From NCBI GenBank assembly GCA_045563435.1, contig JBJLJD010000008.1, positions 46,241-110,240 of the forward strand: DNA of 64,000 nt, in the 5' to 3' direction. Below, in pieces: positions 45,953 to 55,206 of this stretch. Every line of letters starts with the position of its first letter. Positions within the stretch are counted from its first letter, which is position 1. The stretch is from Gammaproteobacteria bacterium (GTDB taxonomy: Bacteria; Pseudomonadota; Gammaproteobacteria; Magnimaribacterales; TMED112). A program made the position numbers and the translations under genes. The notes beneath the pieces are model-generated. The model was given only the letters and a program-made list of their open reading frames with translations. It did not search any database and was not told the origin of the DNA.

Positions 45953-46860
45953 TAAACTCTAGAGAGCCAGCTATTATATTTTTCTATTTTTTCTTTAACA
46001 CAGTCAAAGTATGTGGATTGAATTAGGTCAGTAACTTCTCCCTTAGATCCCTTACCAATCGAAGTTTTATCAACTGACTTAACTGGAGCAATTTCAACTG
46101 CAGTTCCACATAAAAATATCTCATCTGCAGTATAGAGCTCGTCTCTTGTAATTAGTCTTTCTTTTATCTCGATATCATTATCTTTAGCAATTTGCATTAC
46201 AGTCTTTCTAGTTATCCCATTTAAACAACAAGTTAATTCAGGGGTAAGCAAAACACCATCTTTGACCAAGAAGATATTTTGACCACTACCCTCAGCAACA
46301 AATCCAGTAGTATCCATAAGAATTGCCTCTTGATAACCATTTTTCTTTGCTTGATCGTGAGCTAATATTCCGTTTACATACCCTCCACAAATTTTAGATT
46401 TGGTCATTAAACTATTTGGGTGGGCTCTTGTGTATGATGAAACCATTACATCAATACCTTTTTCAATCGCATCTTTTCCAAAATATGATGGCCATTCTTG
46501 ACACACCACCATTACATGAACATCCATCCCAACTATATCTAGACCAAGCCTATCGCTCCCAAGAAAAACGATTGGTCTTAGGTATGCATTTTTCAAGTTT
46601 GATTTCTTTATGACTTGTTTTTGAACTTCAACCAATTCGTCAAAGGAATAACTTACCTCTAAACCTAAAATTTTAACTGACTCAAGAAGCCTGTTAGTAT
46701 GATCTTGCAGTCTAAATATATTTACCTCACCTTCATCTGAGCAGTAACACCTTACTCCCTCAAAAGCACCTAAACCATAGTGAAGTGTATGCGTTAAAGC
46801 ACTTATATTTGACTGCTCTTTCTTGATATACTCTCCATCAAGCCAATATGTATTCGACAT
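45952..46860 (-). CDS. ilvE: branched-chain-amino-acid aminotransferase
   Basis: 302 aa, fold-type IV PLP enzyme. 'LHYGLGAFEGVR', 'AYLRPIVF', 'TKSKICGGYVN'. Confidence 0.92.
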   Translation of the reverse strand: MSNTYWLDGEYIKKEQSNISALTHTLHYGLGAFEGVRCYCSDEGEVNIFRLQDHTNRLLESVKILGLEVSYSFDELVEVQKQVIKKSNLKNAYLRPIVFLGSDRLGLDIVGMDVHVMVVCQEWPSYFGKDAIEKGIDVMVSSYTRAHPNSLMTKSKICGGYVNGILAHDQAKKNGYQEAILMDTTGFVAEGSGQNIFLVKDGVLLTPELTCCLNGITRKTVMQIAKDNDIEIKERLITRDELYTADEIFLCGTAVEIAPVKSVDKTSIGKGSKGEVTDLIQSTYFDCVKEKIEKYNSWLSRV

Positions 46861-46899
46861 AGTGGTTAGTATAGTTAATTGAGAATTTAATTAAAACAA

Positions 46900-48270
46900 A
46901 TGATTAATGAAAATATTTTTCGTGCTTACGATATAAGAGGTAAAGCAGATGAAGATTTAAATGATGACATCATTAGAAAAATTGGAATTGTGCTAAGTGA
47001 GAAAATTCTTAAAACTGGTCAAAATAAAGTATACCTAGGAACTGATTGTAGATTATCTGCAAATAGAATAAAAAAATCACTTATCTCTGGCCTTTGTTCA
47101 AATGATTTGGAGGTTCTTGACCTTGGCATGGTACCTACACCTTTAGTTTATTTTGCAACAAAAATTGGAAAAACCAATTGTGGAATAATGATAACTGGCA
47201 GCCATAATCCCAAAGAAGATAATGGGTTAAAAATGGTAATTAATGATGGTGCGGTTTCTGGTCTTGAAATTAAAAACGATGTAATTAACTTAAAAAATAA
47301 AACGACAAATATAGTTAATACATCAGATGCAAGAGATTTAATTGAACAATATGAAAATGAAATTTACTCTAATTGTAAATTACCGAAAAAAATAAAAGTT
47401 GTTTTGGATTCTGGTAATGGAGCTGCTGGACCATATGCAAAAAGAGTATTTGAAAAAATTGGTGCTGAAGTTATTTCATTGAATACTAAACCAGATGGAA
47501 ATTTTCCAAACCATCACCCCGACCCAAGCAAAGAAAAGAATTTAAAAGATTTAATTGATTCTGTCTCAGTAAATCAGGCTGATTTAGGTTTCGCATTTGA
47601 TGGTGACGGAGATAGAGTCGGCATGGTAGATAACAACTCAAATATAGTTTCTCCTGATCACATCATTATGCTCTTATCCGAATATTTTTTGCAAAAAAAG
47701 AAGGGTCCGGTGATCTATGATGTTAAATGCTCTAATCAGGTATCAAAAATAATTAAGGAAAATGGAGGTGATCCCGTAATAGAAAAGACTGGCCACTTCA
47801 ACATAAAAAACAAAATTAGAGAGACAAATGCAATTTTAGGTGCAGAAATGTCTGGCCATATTTTCATAAATTATGATTGGTATGGTTTTGATGATGGTAT
47901 TTATTCTGCAGTTATTCTTACAAAAATAATTTCTGAACTTGAAATAGATTTATCAACAAAAATTTCAGATTTTCCGAAAGTTTTTTCTACTCCAGAATTA
48001 ACTTTAGATGTAGAGGATTCTCAGAAATTTGAAATGGTTGATAAATTTAAAAATGAAGTAGACTTTTCAGGATATGAGATTCTTGATATTGATGGTGTTA
48101 GATTTTCTAGTTCCAAAGCATGGGGTCTGCTAAGAGCATCAAATACTTCACCAAAACTTGTCATGAGATTTGAGGGTGATACAAATCAAGAATTAATAAA
48201 CATAATGGCTTTTTTTAAAGATAACTTTAAAAAAATATATCAAAATTTAAATTTTGAAGATCATAACTAA
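46900..48270 (+). CDS. phosphomannomutase / phosphoglucomutase
   Basis: 456 aa. Active-site 'ITGSHNP', Mg site 'FDGDGDR', sugar loop 'GAEMSGH', phosphate loop 'RASNTSP'. Confidence 0.92.
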   Translation: MINENIFRAYDIRGKADEDLNDDIIRKIGIVLSEKILKTGQNKVYLGTDCRLSANRIKKSLISGLCSNDLEVLDLGMVPTPLVYFATKIGKTNCGIMITGSHNPKEDNGLKMVINDGAVSGLEIKNDVINLKNKTTNIVNTSDARDLIEQYENEIYSNCKLPKKIKVVLDSGNGAAGPYAKRVFEKIGAEVISLNTKPDGNFPNHHPDPSKEKNLKDLIDSVSVNQADLGFAFDGDGDRVGMVDNNSNIVSPDHIIMLLSEYFLQKKKGPVIYDVKCSNQVSKIIKENGGDPVIEKTGHFNIKNKIRETNAILGAEMSGHIFINYDWYGFDDGIYSAVILTKIISELEIDLSTKISDFPKVFSTPELTLDVEDSQKFEMVDKFKNEVDFSGYEILDIDGVRFSSSKAWGLLRASNTSPKLVMRFEGDTNQELINIMAFFKDNFKKIYQNLNFEDHN

Positions 48271-50216
48271 TTTAGAATATCTTTAAGATCATCATCTAAA
48301 AAATACTCGAAAATAGCATTATCAAAGGTGCTTGCAACTTTTCCTGTGTTCTTGTCAATTCTTACAAGAGTAATATCTTCTGGAATTAAAAAAGTTGTTT
48401 CATCTAATAAATCAATTGAATTATTCATAAAATCCAACCAAATAGGTAAAGCATTTGAACTACCAAACTGTTCATCTCCCAATGTACTTCCATCATCTTT
48501 ACCAACCCAAGAAGAGGCTATGATATTTTCAGCATAACCAACGAACCAAGTATCTCTTGCATCATTTGTTGTACCTGTCTTACCTCCAGCATTTTCAATA
48601 ACAAGATTTAGATTTCTAAATTTAAGAAACCTATCTAATCCCTCTTTTAAAATTTCTCTGGTAATAAATGCTATTTCTTCACCTAATCTTTCCTTATTTT
48701 CTTTCGAGATATTATGAAAATATACTTCACCTTTCCTATTAGTAATTTTTTCAATCATGAAAAAATCAACTGATGTGCCGCTATTTGGGAATATTGAAAA
48801 TGTCTGTGCTAATTCATAAGGTGAAATTAATCCATTTCCTAATGCCCCAGATAAGTCTTTAATGTCCATTGAACTACTAAAGCCATATCTATCGAAACAG
48901 CTGTTCATTTTTTCAAATCCAAGCATGTCGGTCAGTTTTATAGATACAGAATTTAGAGATTCAATTAAAGATTCTCTCAATCTTACTGGTCCATGAAAAT
49001 TACCTGAATTATTCTTAGGTCTCCAATAGTCCTCTAATAATTCATCTTTAACAATAATTGGCCCATCTACCACAACCGTTGCTGGCCTTAAGCCATTTTC
49101 AAATGCACAAGAATAGATGAATGGCTTGATTGTTGAGCCAGGCATCAGCTTAGCTGTTACCCTATCAAACTTTGAATCTTGAAAATTATTACCTCCCACA
49201 TAGGCCTTTATTTCTCCAGATGTGTAATCCATAGCGATGAAGGCTGCCTCTACAGGGGTACCATTTTCGTTTAAGTTATTTTCTCTAGCATTTTGTTGAT
49301 ATCTAAAAAGATTCTCATTCACTGAATTTATTGCATTTATCTGCATTTCTGAATCTAAAGTTGTGTATACATTTAAACCTAATTTGAATGCATCACTCCC
49401 ATAAATTTGTAAGACTTTTTTTCTAATACTCTCAGAAAAGTGTGGGGCTTCTAACTCCAAGATGGGAGGATAAGTTTTTGAGTCTACATTTTCTAAAATT
49501 GATTGTTGATATTGATTTGAAGATATTAGGTCTTCTTCAAACATTCTTTTTAAAATTAAATTTCTTCTCTTCTTTGTCTTTGCTGGATCTTTTTTGGGAT
49601 TGATAGTTGATGGTCTCTGTAAAATTGCAGCAAGTGTTGCTGATTCAGCTATAGATATTTCATTAAAATTTTTACCAAAATAATAATCATAGGCTGACTT
49701 AAACCCATAATTTCTATTTCCTAAAAATGTCTTGTTGAAGTAAAGCTGAAGAATTTCTTCCTTGGACATAAATTCTTCTAATCTCCAAGCCAAATAAATT
49801 TCTTTTAATTTTCTTTCATAAGTTCTTTCTGTAGACAGCAAATAACTCCTCACTACTTGCATTGATATGGTGCCTCCACCTCCAGATGGTGAGTTTGTTA
49901 ATTCTCCTAACAGAGCCCTCGCTAAGCTTGAGATTTTTACACCTGAATGATTGAAATAATCTTTATCCTCTGCTGCTAAAACAGCATTCTTAAGATTTTC
50001 TGGAATTTGTTCAAAACTTATTAATTCTCTTCTTTCAATGCCAAAAAATCCAATTAACTTTCCGTCTTTAGAGTAAATTCTAATGGGTTGTTGAAGTTCA
50101 CTTTCGGAAATTAAGTCTAGGTCTGGAGTATTTTTATCTACATATAAAAAAATACAACCAATGAATAAAAATATTATTTGAAAAAATAAAGCTAATGATT
50201 TTATGACTGTAAGCAT
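48267..50216 (-). CDS. mrcA: class A penicillin-binding protein (transglycosylase/transpeptidase), compact PBP1A-like
   Basis: 649 aa. N-terminal TM, GT51 'AAEDKDYFNHSG' and 'RKLKEI', transpeptidase 'GSTIKPF' (SxxK), 'KTGTTN'. Divergent from aroK, as ponA is in Pseudomonas. Confidence 0.85.
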   Translation of the reverse strand: MLTVIKSLALFFQIIFLFIGCIFLYVDKNTPDLDLISESELQQPIRIYSKDGKLIGFFGIERRELISFEQIPENLKNAVLAAEDKDYFNHSGVKISSLARALLGELTNSPSGGGGTISMQVVRSYLLSTERTYERKLKEIYLAWRLEEFMSKEEILQLYFNKTFLGNRNYGFKSAYDYYFGKNFNEISIAESATLAAILQRPSTINPKKDPAKTKKRRNLILKRMFEEDLISSNQYQQSILENVDSKTYPPILELEAPHFSESIRKKVLQIYGSDAFKLGLNVYTTLDSEMQINAINSVNENLFRYQQNARENNLNENGTPVEAAFIAMDYTSGEIKAYVGGNNFQDSKFDRVTAKLMPGSTIKPFIYSCAFENGLRPATVVVDGPIIVKDELLEDYWRPKNNSGNFHGPVRLRESLIESLNSVSIKLTDMLGFEKMNSCFDRYGFSSSMDIKDLSGALGNGLISPYELAQTFSIFPNSGTSVDFFMIEKITNRKGEVYFHNISKENKERLGEEIAFITREILKEGLDRFLKFRNLNLVIENAGGKTGTTNDARDTWFVGYAENIIASSWVGKDDGSTLGDEQFGSSNALPIWLDFMNNSIDLLDETTFLIPEDITLVRIDKNTGKVASTFDNAIFEYFLDDDLKDILN

Positions 50217-50254
50217 TTATATATTATTATTCACATTCACAAAATAATGTAAAA

Positions 50255-50761
50255 ATGAGAATTTTTTTAGTAGGCATGATGGGATCTGGTAAAAGTACAG
50301 TTGGTAAAAAACTAGCTGAAAGTCTTTTAGTTGATTTCCACGATTTAGATAAAATTATTGAAGCTAAATTAAAGAAAAATATTAAAGATATCTTTGAAGA
50401 AGATGGTGAAGGCTTTTTTAGAGATATTGAAAATAAATCTTTAATTGATTTTCAAAATAAGACAAAATTTGTTCTAGCTACAGGGGGTGGCATCATTACT
50501 TATAAAGGCTCTAGAAATTTCTTATCTAAAGAAAGAACTTATTTTCTAGATGGTAGTGAAGAAACTCTCTATGAACGGTCTACAAGAAGAAGAGAGTTTC
50601 GCCCGTTAATGAAAGATATGGACATTAAAGGGTTTAGTCAATTACTCAAAAAAAGAAGGAAATATTATATTGAGTCATCTATTGCTACTATTGATATTGA
50701 TAAAAAAAATATTGATGAAGTTGTAGACTGGATAAAAAATAATGAAAAAAATCATTTTTAA
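50255..50761 (+). CDS. aroK: shikimate kinase
   Basis: 'GMMGSGKSTVGK' P-loop, 'GGGII'. aroK-aroB order. Confidence 0.92.
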   Translation: MRIFLVGMMGSGKSTVGKKLAESLLVDFHDLDKIIEAKLKKNIKDIFEEDGEGFFRDIENKSLIDFQNKTKFVLATGGGIITYKGSRNFLSKERTYFLDGSEETLYERSTRRREFRPLMKDMDIKGFSQLLKKRRKYYIESSIATIDIDKKNIDEVVDWIKNNEKNHF

Positions 50762-51806
50762 GAATCAAGAACAAGAAGTGGAAATTCTTTATCAGAAAGA
50801 AATTTCTAAAATCTCAGAAAATTTCCCTGAGCATGGAAAAATGTTTTTTGTATGTGATGAAAGAGTTTTGGAAAAGAATCCACAAATGAATAAATTGTTA
50901 AACAAAAATGTTTATCTTGTTAAAAGTCCTGAAAAAGAAAAAGATTTACAGTCTACTGCTAGAATTCTTAAGTTCCTGAAAGATAGTGGTTGCAACAGAA
51001 ATGATCATCTTATTGCAATAGGTGGTGGAGCTACAACAGATTTAGGAGGATTTGCATCATCAATATATATGAGAGGAATAAATTTAATAATAATTCCAAC
51101 ATCGCTACTAGGACAGGTAGATGCTTCAGTAGGGGGAAAAACAGGAGTAAATTTTGAAAGTTATAAAAATTTAGTTGGCTCTTTTTTTAATCCTAAAAAA
51201 ATTATTATCTGTGCAAATTTTTTAGAATCACTAGATGAGCAAGAGTATCTCAATGGGCTTTCAGAGATATTAAAACACGCGATTATAACTTCAGATGACG
51301 ATGTCGATACTTTATTAAAAAATATTGAAAAAGTTACTAGCCGTGATAATGATTTTCTAGAAGAGCAAACAAGAAGATCTATAGAAATAAAAACAAAAAT
51401 TGTTACAGAAGACTTTCTGGAAGCTAAGCAAAGAAAATTCTTAAATTTTGGACATACATTTGCCCATGGAATCGAATCTGTAAATCAAAATAATCCAATA
51501 CTTCATGGTCATGCAGTAATGATAGGGATGAAAATGGCTTTAGAATTTTCCTATCAAGAGAAATTTTTAGATCAAGAAAGTTTTACAAAATCTAAAAAAC
51601 TTCTAAATAGTTTTGAATACAATCTAAGTGATATAGAGCTAGATGCAGATAAAATTCTAAGTGCAATGGAACTAGACAAGAAAAATGACGGAAACGGAAT
51701 AAATTTAGTTTTGCTAAAAAAAATTGGCGTTCCTTTTTTAAGCAAATCAAATGAATCAAATAAAATTCTAAAATTTTTAATTAACTTTATAGATAACTTT
51801 GAATAA
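50742..51806 (+). CDS. aroB: 3-dehydroquinate synthase
   Basis: 'GGGATTDLGGFAS', 'DASVGGKTGVN', 'LNFGHTFAHGIE'. Confidence 0.93.
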   Translation: MKKIIFKNQEQEVEILYQKEISKISENFPEHGKMFFVCDERVLEKNPQMNKLLNKNVYLVKSPEKEKDLQSTARILKFLKDSGCNRNDHLIAIGGGATTDLGGFASSIYMRGINLIIIPTSLLGQVDASVGGKTGVNFESYKNLVGSFFNPKKIIICANFLESLDEQEYLNGLSEILKHAIITSDDDVDTLLKNIEKVTSRDNDFLEEQTRRSIEIKTKIVTEDFLEAKQRKFLNFGHTFAHGIESVNQNNPILHGHAVMIGMKMALEFSYQEKFLDQESFTKSKKLLNSFEYNLSDIELDADKILSAMELDKKNDGNGINLVLLKKIGVPFLSKSNESNKILKFLINFIDNFE

Positions 51807-52806
51807 TTATTTTTTAAAAGCACTCAACCAAGAAAATGAAGCTCCGTATATTCCTGTATGGCTCTTGAGACAGGCCGGTAGATATATGCCAGAGTACAGA
51901 GAGGTAAGATCTCAATATAAAGATTTTTTTGAGATGATTAAAAAACCTGAAATTTGTAAAGAGCTTACTTTACAGCCTTTAAATGCATTTGATCTTGATG
52001 CGGCAATAACTTTTACAGATATACTTACCATTCCAGATGCTTTAGGTTTAAAAGTAAATTTTGTAAAAGGAAAAGGTCCAATATTTGAGAAGTCACTTTC
52101 GTCAATGGACAAAATAGATTTAAATACAAATGAATTTCATGACAAAATCCATTATGTTTACAGTGCAACTTCTCTAATTAAAGAAAATGTAAATGTACCT
52201 TTAATAGGATTTACCGGAAGTCCTTGGACACTATTTGTTTATATGTTTTATGGACAATCGCCAAAAGATTTTAAAAGTATCCAATCATATATATCTGAAA
52301 ACTCTAGAGATGCTGAAACATATTTACAAATACTTACAGATTGCTGTATTGAATATGCAAAAAAGCAAGTGCAACATGGCGCAGACTGTATTCAAATTTT
52401 TGATTCATGGGCAGGGATTCTTGAAAATAATTACGTAGATTTTTCTCTGAAGTATGTAAATCAAATTTATGAAGCTCTAAATGAGGAAGTTCCCTTAATT
52501 TTATATAATCGCGGCAAACTTCTTTCTTCTTTTGTTGATAAATCGGCTTTTAAAGCATATAGCATTAATTCTTCTGATCGAATTGAAAATTATATTGATG
52601 AAAATATAACAATACAGGGAAACCTTAATCCTGTTTTTTTCAAGAAAAATCAAGAAGAAATCGAATTAAAGGCACGTGAAATTTTTACAAAATTTAAAGA
52701 TAGAAAAAATTATATTTTTAATGTTGGTGAGGGACTTACTCCTGATTTAGATCCAGAAAAGATTAAAATTTTCCTTAAAACATTAAGAAGTCTTAATTCT
52801 CAATAA
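51799..52806 (+). CDS. hemE: uroporphyrinogen decarboxylase
   Basis: TTG start overlapping the aroB stop. 'PVWLLRQAGRYMPEYR', 'DAAITFTDIL', 'IQIFDSWAG'. Confidence 0.93.
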   Translation: MNNYFLKALNQENEAPYIPVWLLRQAGRYMPEYREVRSQYKDFFEMIKKPEICKELTLQPLNAFDLDAAITFTDILTIPDALGLKVNFVKGKGPIFEKSLSSMDKIDLNTNEFHDKIHYVYSATSLIKENVNVPLIGFTGSPWTLFVYMFYGQSPKDFKSIQSYISENSRDAETYLQILTDCCIEYAKKQVQHGADCIQIFDSWAGILENNYVDFSLKYVNQIYEALNEEVPLILYNRGKLLSSFVDKSAFKAYSINSSDRIENYIDENITIQGNLNPVFFKKNQEEIELKAREIFTKFKDRKNYIFNVGEGLTPDLDPEKIKIFLKTLRSLNSQ

Positions 52807-53673
52807 ACCTTCTTGAGTTACAGAAGAAACAACATCACCTTCTTTAGTAAAAAAAGTGCCTCTTCCCAGTCCTCGCGCATTGCCAGTATATGGGCTATCT
52901 GTTGAGTAGAGAATCCAATCATCCCATCTAAAGTTTTGTTTATGAAACCACATTGTGTGGTCTAGGCTAGCCATCATTAAATTAGGTGACATGTAACTTA
53001 ATCCATGTGGATACAAACAAGGAGCAAGTAAACCAGAATCAGAAACATATGATAAAAAAGCATGGTGTATTTCATTTTTATCAGGCAATTTTCCATTTGG
53101 CTTCATCCATAGATTTCTTATCGGAGGTAGTTTTTGTGGGTCAAAAACATCATTCCATTCAACAATTTTTAATGATATCTCTCTCTCCTTTAAGAAAAAC
53201 GGCCTTAAATCTTCAGGAATTAAATCTATGTTTTCTTCTCGCATTTCAATTTCTGTTTTTAACTCGTCAGGTCCAGGTATATCTGGCATATCTATGCTAT
53301 GTGAAAAACCTTCTTCGTGTTTATGAAATGAGACTGACATTGTAAAAATAACTTCATTATTTTGTATTGCCTTTACTGTTCGAGTAAAAAAACTTCTACC
53401 ATCTCTTATAGGGTCAACACTAAATAATACTGGTTGTTTAATAACTCCTGGTCGAAGAAAATAGGCATGAAGTGAATGGAGATGAACGTCTTCATCAAGT
53501 GTTGAGTTGGCAGCTATGTATGCTTGCGCAATGACTTGTCCACCATATATTCTTTGTATACCAGCATTTTTACCTTTGAATCTGTATAAATAGGTATCAA
53601 GTTTTTCAAGAGAGAGTCTATCAAGAACGCTTTGGAATCGATTGTCTATTTTCTTTAATTTTTCTTGATCCAT
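52783..53673 (-). CDS. tesB: acyl-CoA thioesterase II
   Basis: 296 aa double hot-dog. 'RIYGGQVIAQA', 'HSLHAYFLRPG', 'SLDHTMWFH'. Confidence 0.9.
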   Translation of the reverse strand: MDQEKLKKIDNRFQSVLDRLSLEKLDTYLYRFKGKNAGIQRIYGGQVIAQAYIAANSTLDEDVHLHSLHAYFLRPGVIKQPVLFSVDPIRDGRSFFTRTVKAIQNNEVIFTMSVSFHKHEEGFSHSIDMPDIPGPDELKTEIEMREENIDLIPEDLRPFFLKEREISLKIVEWNDVFDPQKLPPIRNLWMKPNGKLPDKNEIHHAFLSYVSDSGLLAPCLYPHGLSYMSPNLMMASLDHTMWFHKQNFRWDDWILYSTDSPYTGNARGLGRGTFFTKEGDVVSSVTQEGLLRIKTS

Positions 53674-54419
53674 TATTGAGCTGATAAACCTCCGTCGATA
53701 ACAAGTTCTGTGCCTGTAATCATCTTTGATTCATCAGATGCCAGAAATAAAATTCCATTAGCAACATCTATTGATTCTGCAAATTTTCTTATAGGTATTT
53801 GTTTTTCTAACTTTCCCAATAACTCCTCGCTAGCATTTTCAAAAAAAGTTTGCATCATTTCTGTTTTTGCAAATACAGGGTGTATGCTGTTACACCTCAC
53901 TAGATTAGTTGTTCTTGCGCAATGCAAAGCCACAGACTTTGATAAATGTCTCACGCCTGCTTTAGCACTGTTGTAAGCAGCAAAATTATGCCCAGCAACT
54001 ATACCGGATATGGAAGAGATATTTATGATCGACCCATTTCCTGATTTTCTCATTAATGGCAAGGCATATTTACATCCTAAAAATACTGAATCTAAGTCTA
54101 CCTTATGAACAAGCTCCCAATCTTCTTCACTAGTTGACTCAACATCAGATATAAAACCTATACCGGCATTGTTGACTAAAATATTTAAATTACCGGCTTT
54201 ACCTTCAATTCCATTTATAACCTCCTCCCACCTTTTCGAATCAGTTACATCATGCTCAAAAAAATCTATATCTAATTCCTTAGCTACAGTCTCTCCACGT
54301 TCAGAATTTATATCGCTTATAAAAACACTCGCGCCATGCTCTTTAAACAAACGAGCTGTTTCTTTACCAAATCCAGAGGCTCCTCCCGTGATTAGTGCTA
54401 CTTTATCTTTTAATCTCAT
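53673..54419 (-). CDS. short-chain dehydrogenase/reductase (FabG / hydroxysteroid-dehydrogenase-like)
   Basis: 'ITGGASGFGKE', 'NNAG', 'YNSAKAGVRHL'. Confidence 0.82.
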   Translation of the reverse strand: MRLKDKVALITGGASGFGKETARLFKEHGASVFISDINSERGETVAKELDIDFFEHDVTDSKRWEEVINGIEGKAGNLNILVNNAGIGFISDVESTSEEDWELVHKVDLDSVFLGCKYALPLMRKSGNGSIINISSISGIVAGHNFAAYNSAKAGVRHLSKSVALHCARTTNLVRCNSIHPVFAKTEMMQTFFENASEELLGKLEKQIPIRKFAESIDVANGILFLASDESKMITGTELVIDGGLSAQ

Positions 54420-54424
54420 TTCAA

Positions 54425-54943
54425 TTATTCAACTATTGAAGCTTTTAAAATAAGAATAGGTTTTACTGGCACATCTGAGTGGGGTGGAAAAACTCCTGTC
54501 TCAGTCATTGCTATTTTATCAACAACATCCATTCCCTCTGAAACCTTTCCAAAAACTGTATATCCCCATCCCCTAGATGTTTCAGAAGTATGATTTAAAG
54601 TAAAATTATTTTGTAAATTTATAAAAAATTGTGATGAGGCTGAATGAGGTTCTGCAGTTCTAGCCATTGCAATAGAACCTCTCTCATTTTTTAAGCCATT
54701 ATTTGCTTCATTTTGAATAGGCTCAAGATCTTTATCTTTCATTGACATGTCCTCATTATGGCCACCGCCTTGAATTACAAAATTTTCTATTACTCTGTGA
54801 AAAATGGTTTGATCGTAAAAACCAGATTCAATATATTTAACAAAATTTTGAGTTGTAATAGGGGCTAACTCTTTATTTAGTTCTATTTTTATTTCTCCAA
54901 GAGAAGTAGTTAAAAGTACCGTAACAATTCCTTCTTTAATCAT
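54425..54943 (-). CDS. ppiB: peptidyl-prolyl cis-trans isomerase (cyclophilin type, no signal peptide)
   Basis: 172 aa. 'FHRVIENFVIQGG', 'GSIAMART', 'SQFFINL', 'YTVFGKV'. Confidence 0.9.
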   Translation of the reverse strand: MIKEGIVTVLLTTSLGEIKIELNKELAPITTQNFVKYIESGFYDQTIFHRVIENFVIQGGGHNEDMSMKDKDLEPIQNEANNGLKNERGSIAMARTAEPHSASSQFFINLQNNFTLNHTSETSRGWGYTVFGKVSEGMDVVDKIAMTETGVFPPHSDVPVKPILILKASIVE

Positions 54944-55172
54944 CTTTGTTGCTCCTTCGTTTTTTTAAATAAATATAAATTGCCTCTGGAATCCCAAGAA
55001 GATTTACCAATATAAAAAATACAAACCAAAATTTTTCACCTCGTCTAGCTGATATCCACAGTACAAAAGCTTTTAATATAGTTGCTAAGATTATTATTGG
55101 AATATAGAAGTATAAGAAATTTGGCATCTCAAATAATGCCTCTAGGTTTTGAACTGGACTATATCCCATCAT
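54936..55172 (-). CDS. small two-helix membrane protein (DUF5652-like, from memory)
   Basis: 78 aa with two hydrophobic helices and 'WISARRGEKFWFVFFILVNLLGIPEAIYIY'. 8-nt overlap with ppiB. Confidence 0.45.
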   Translation of the reverse strand: MMGYSPVQNLEALFEMPNFLYFYIPIIILATILKAFVLWISARRGEKFWFVFFILVNLLGIPEAIYIYLKKRRSNKDD

Positions 55173-55206
55173 CTTTATATTTTACCATTTATTGATTTTT
55201 TAATAA

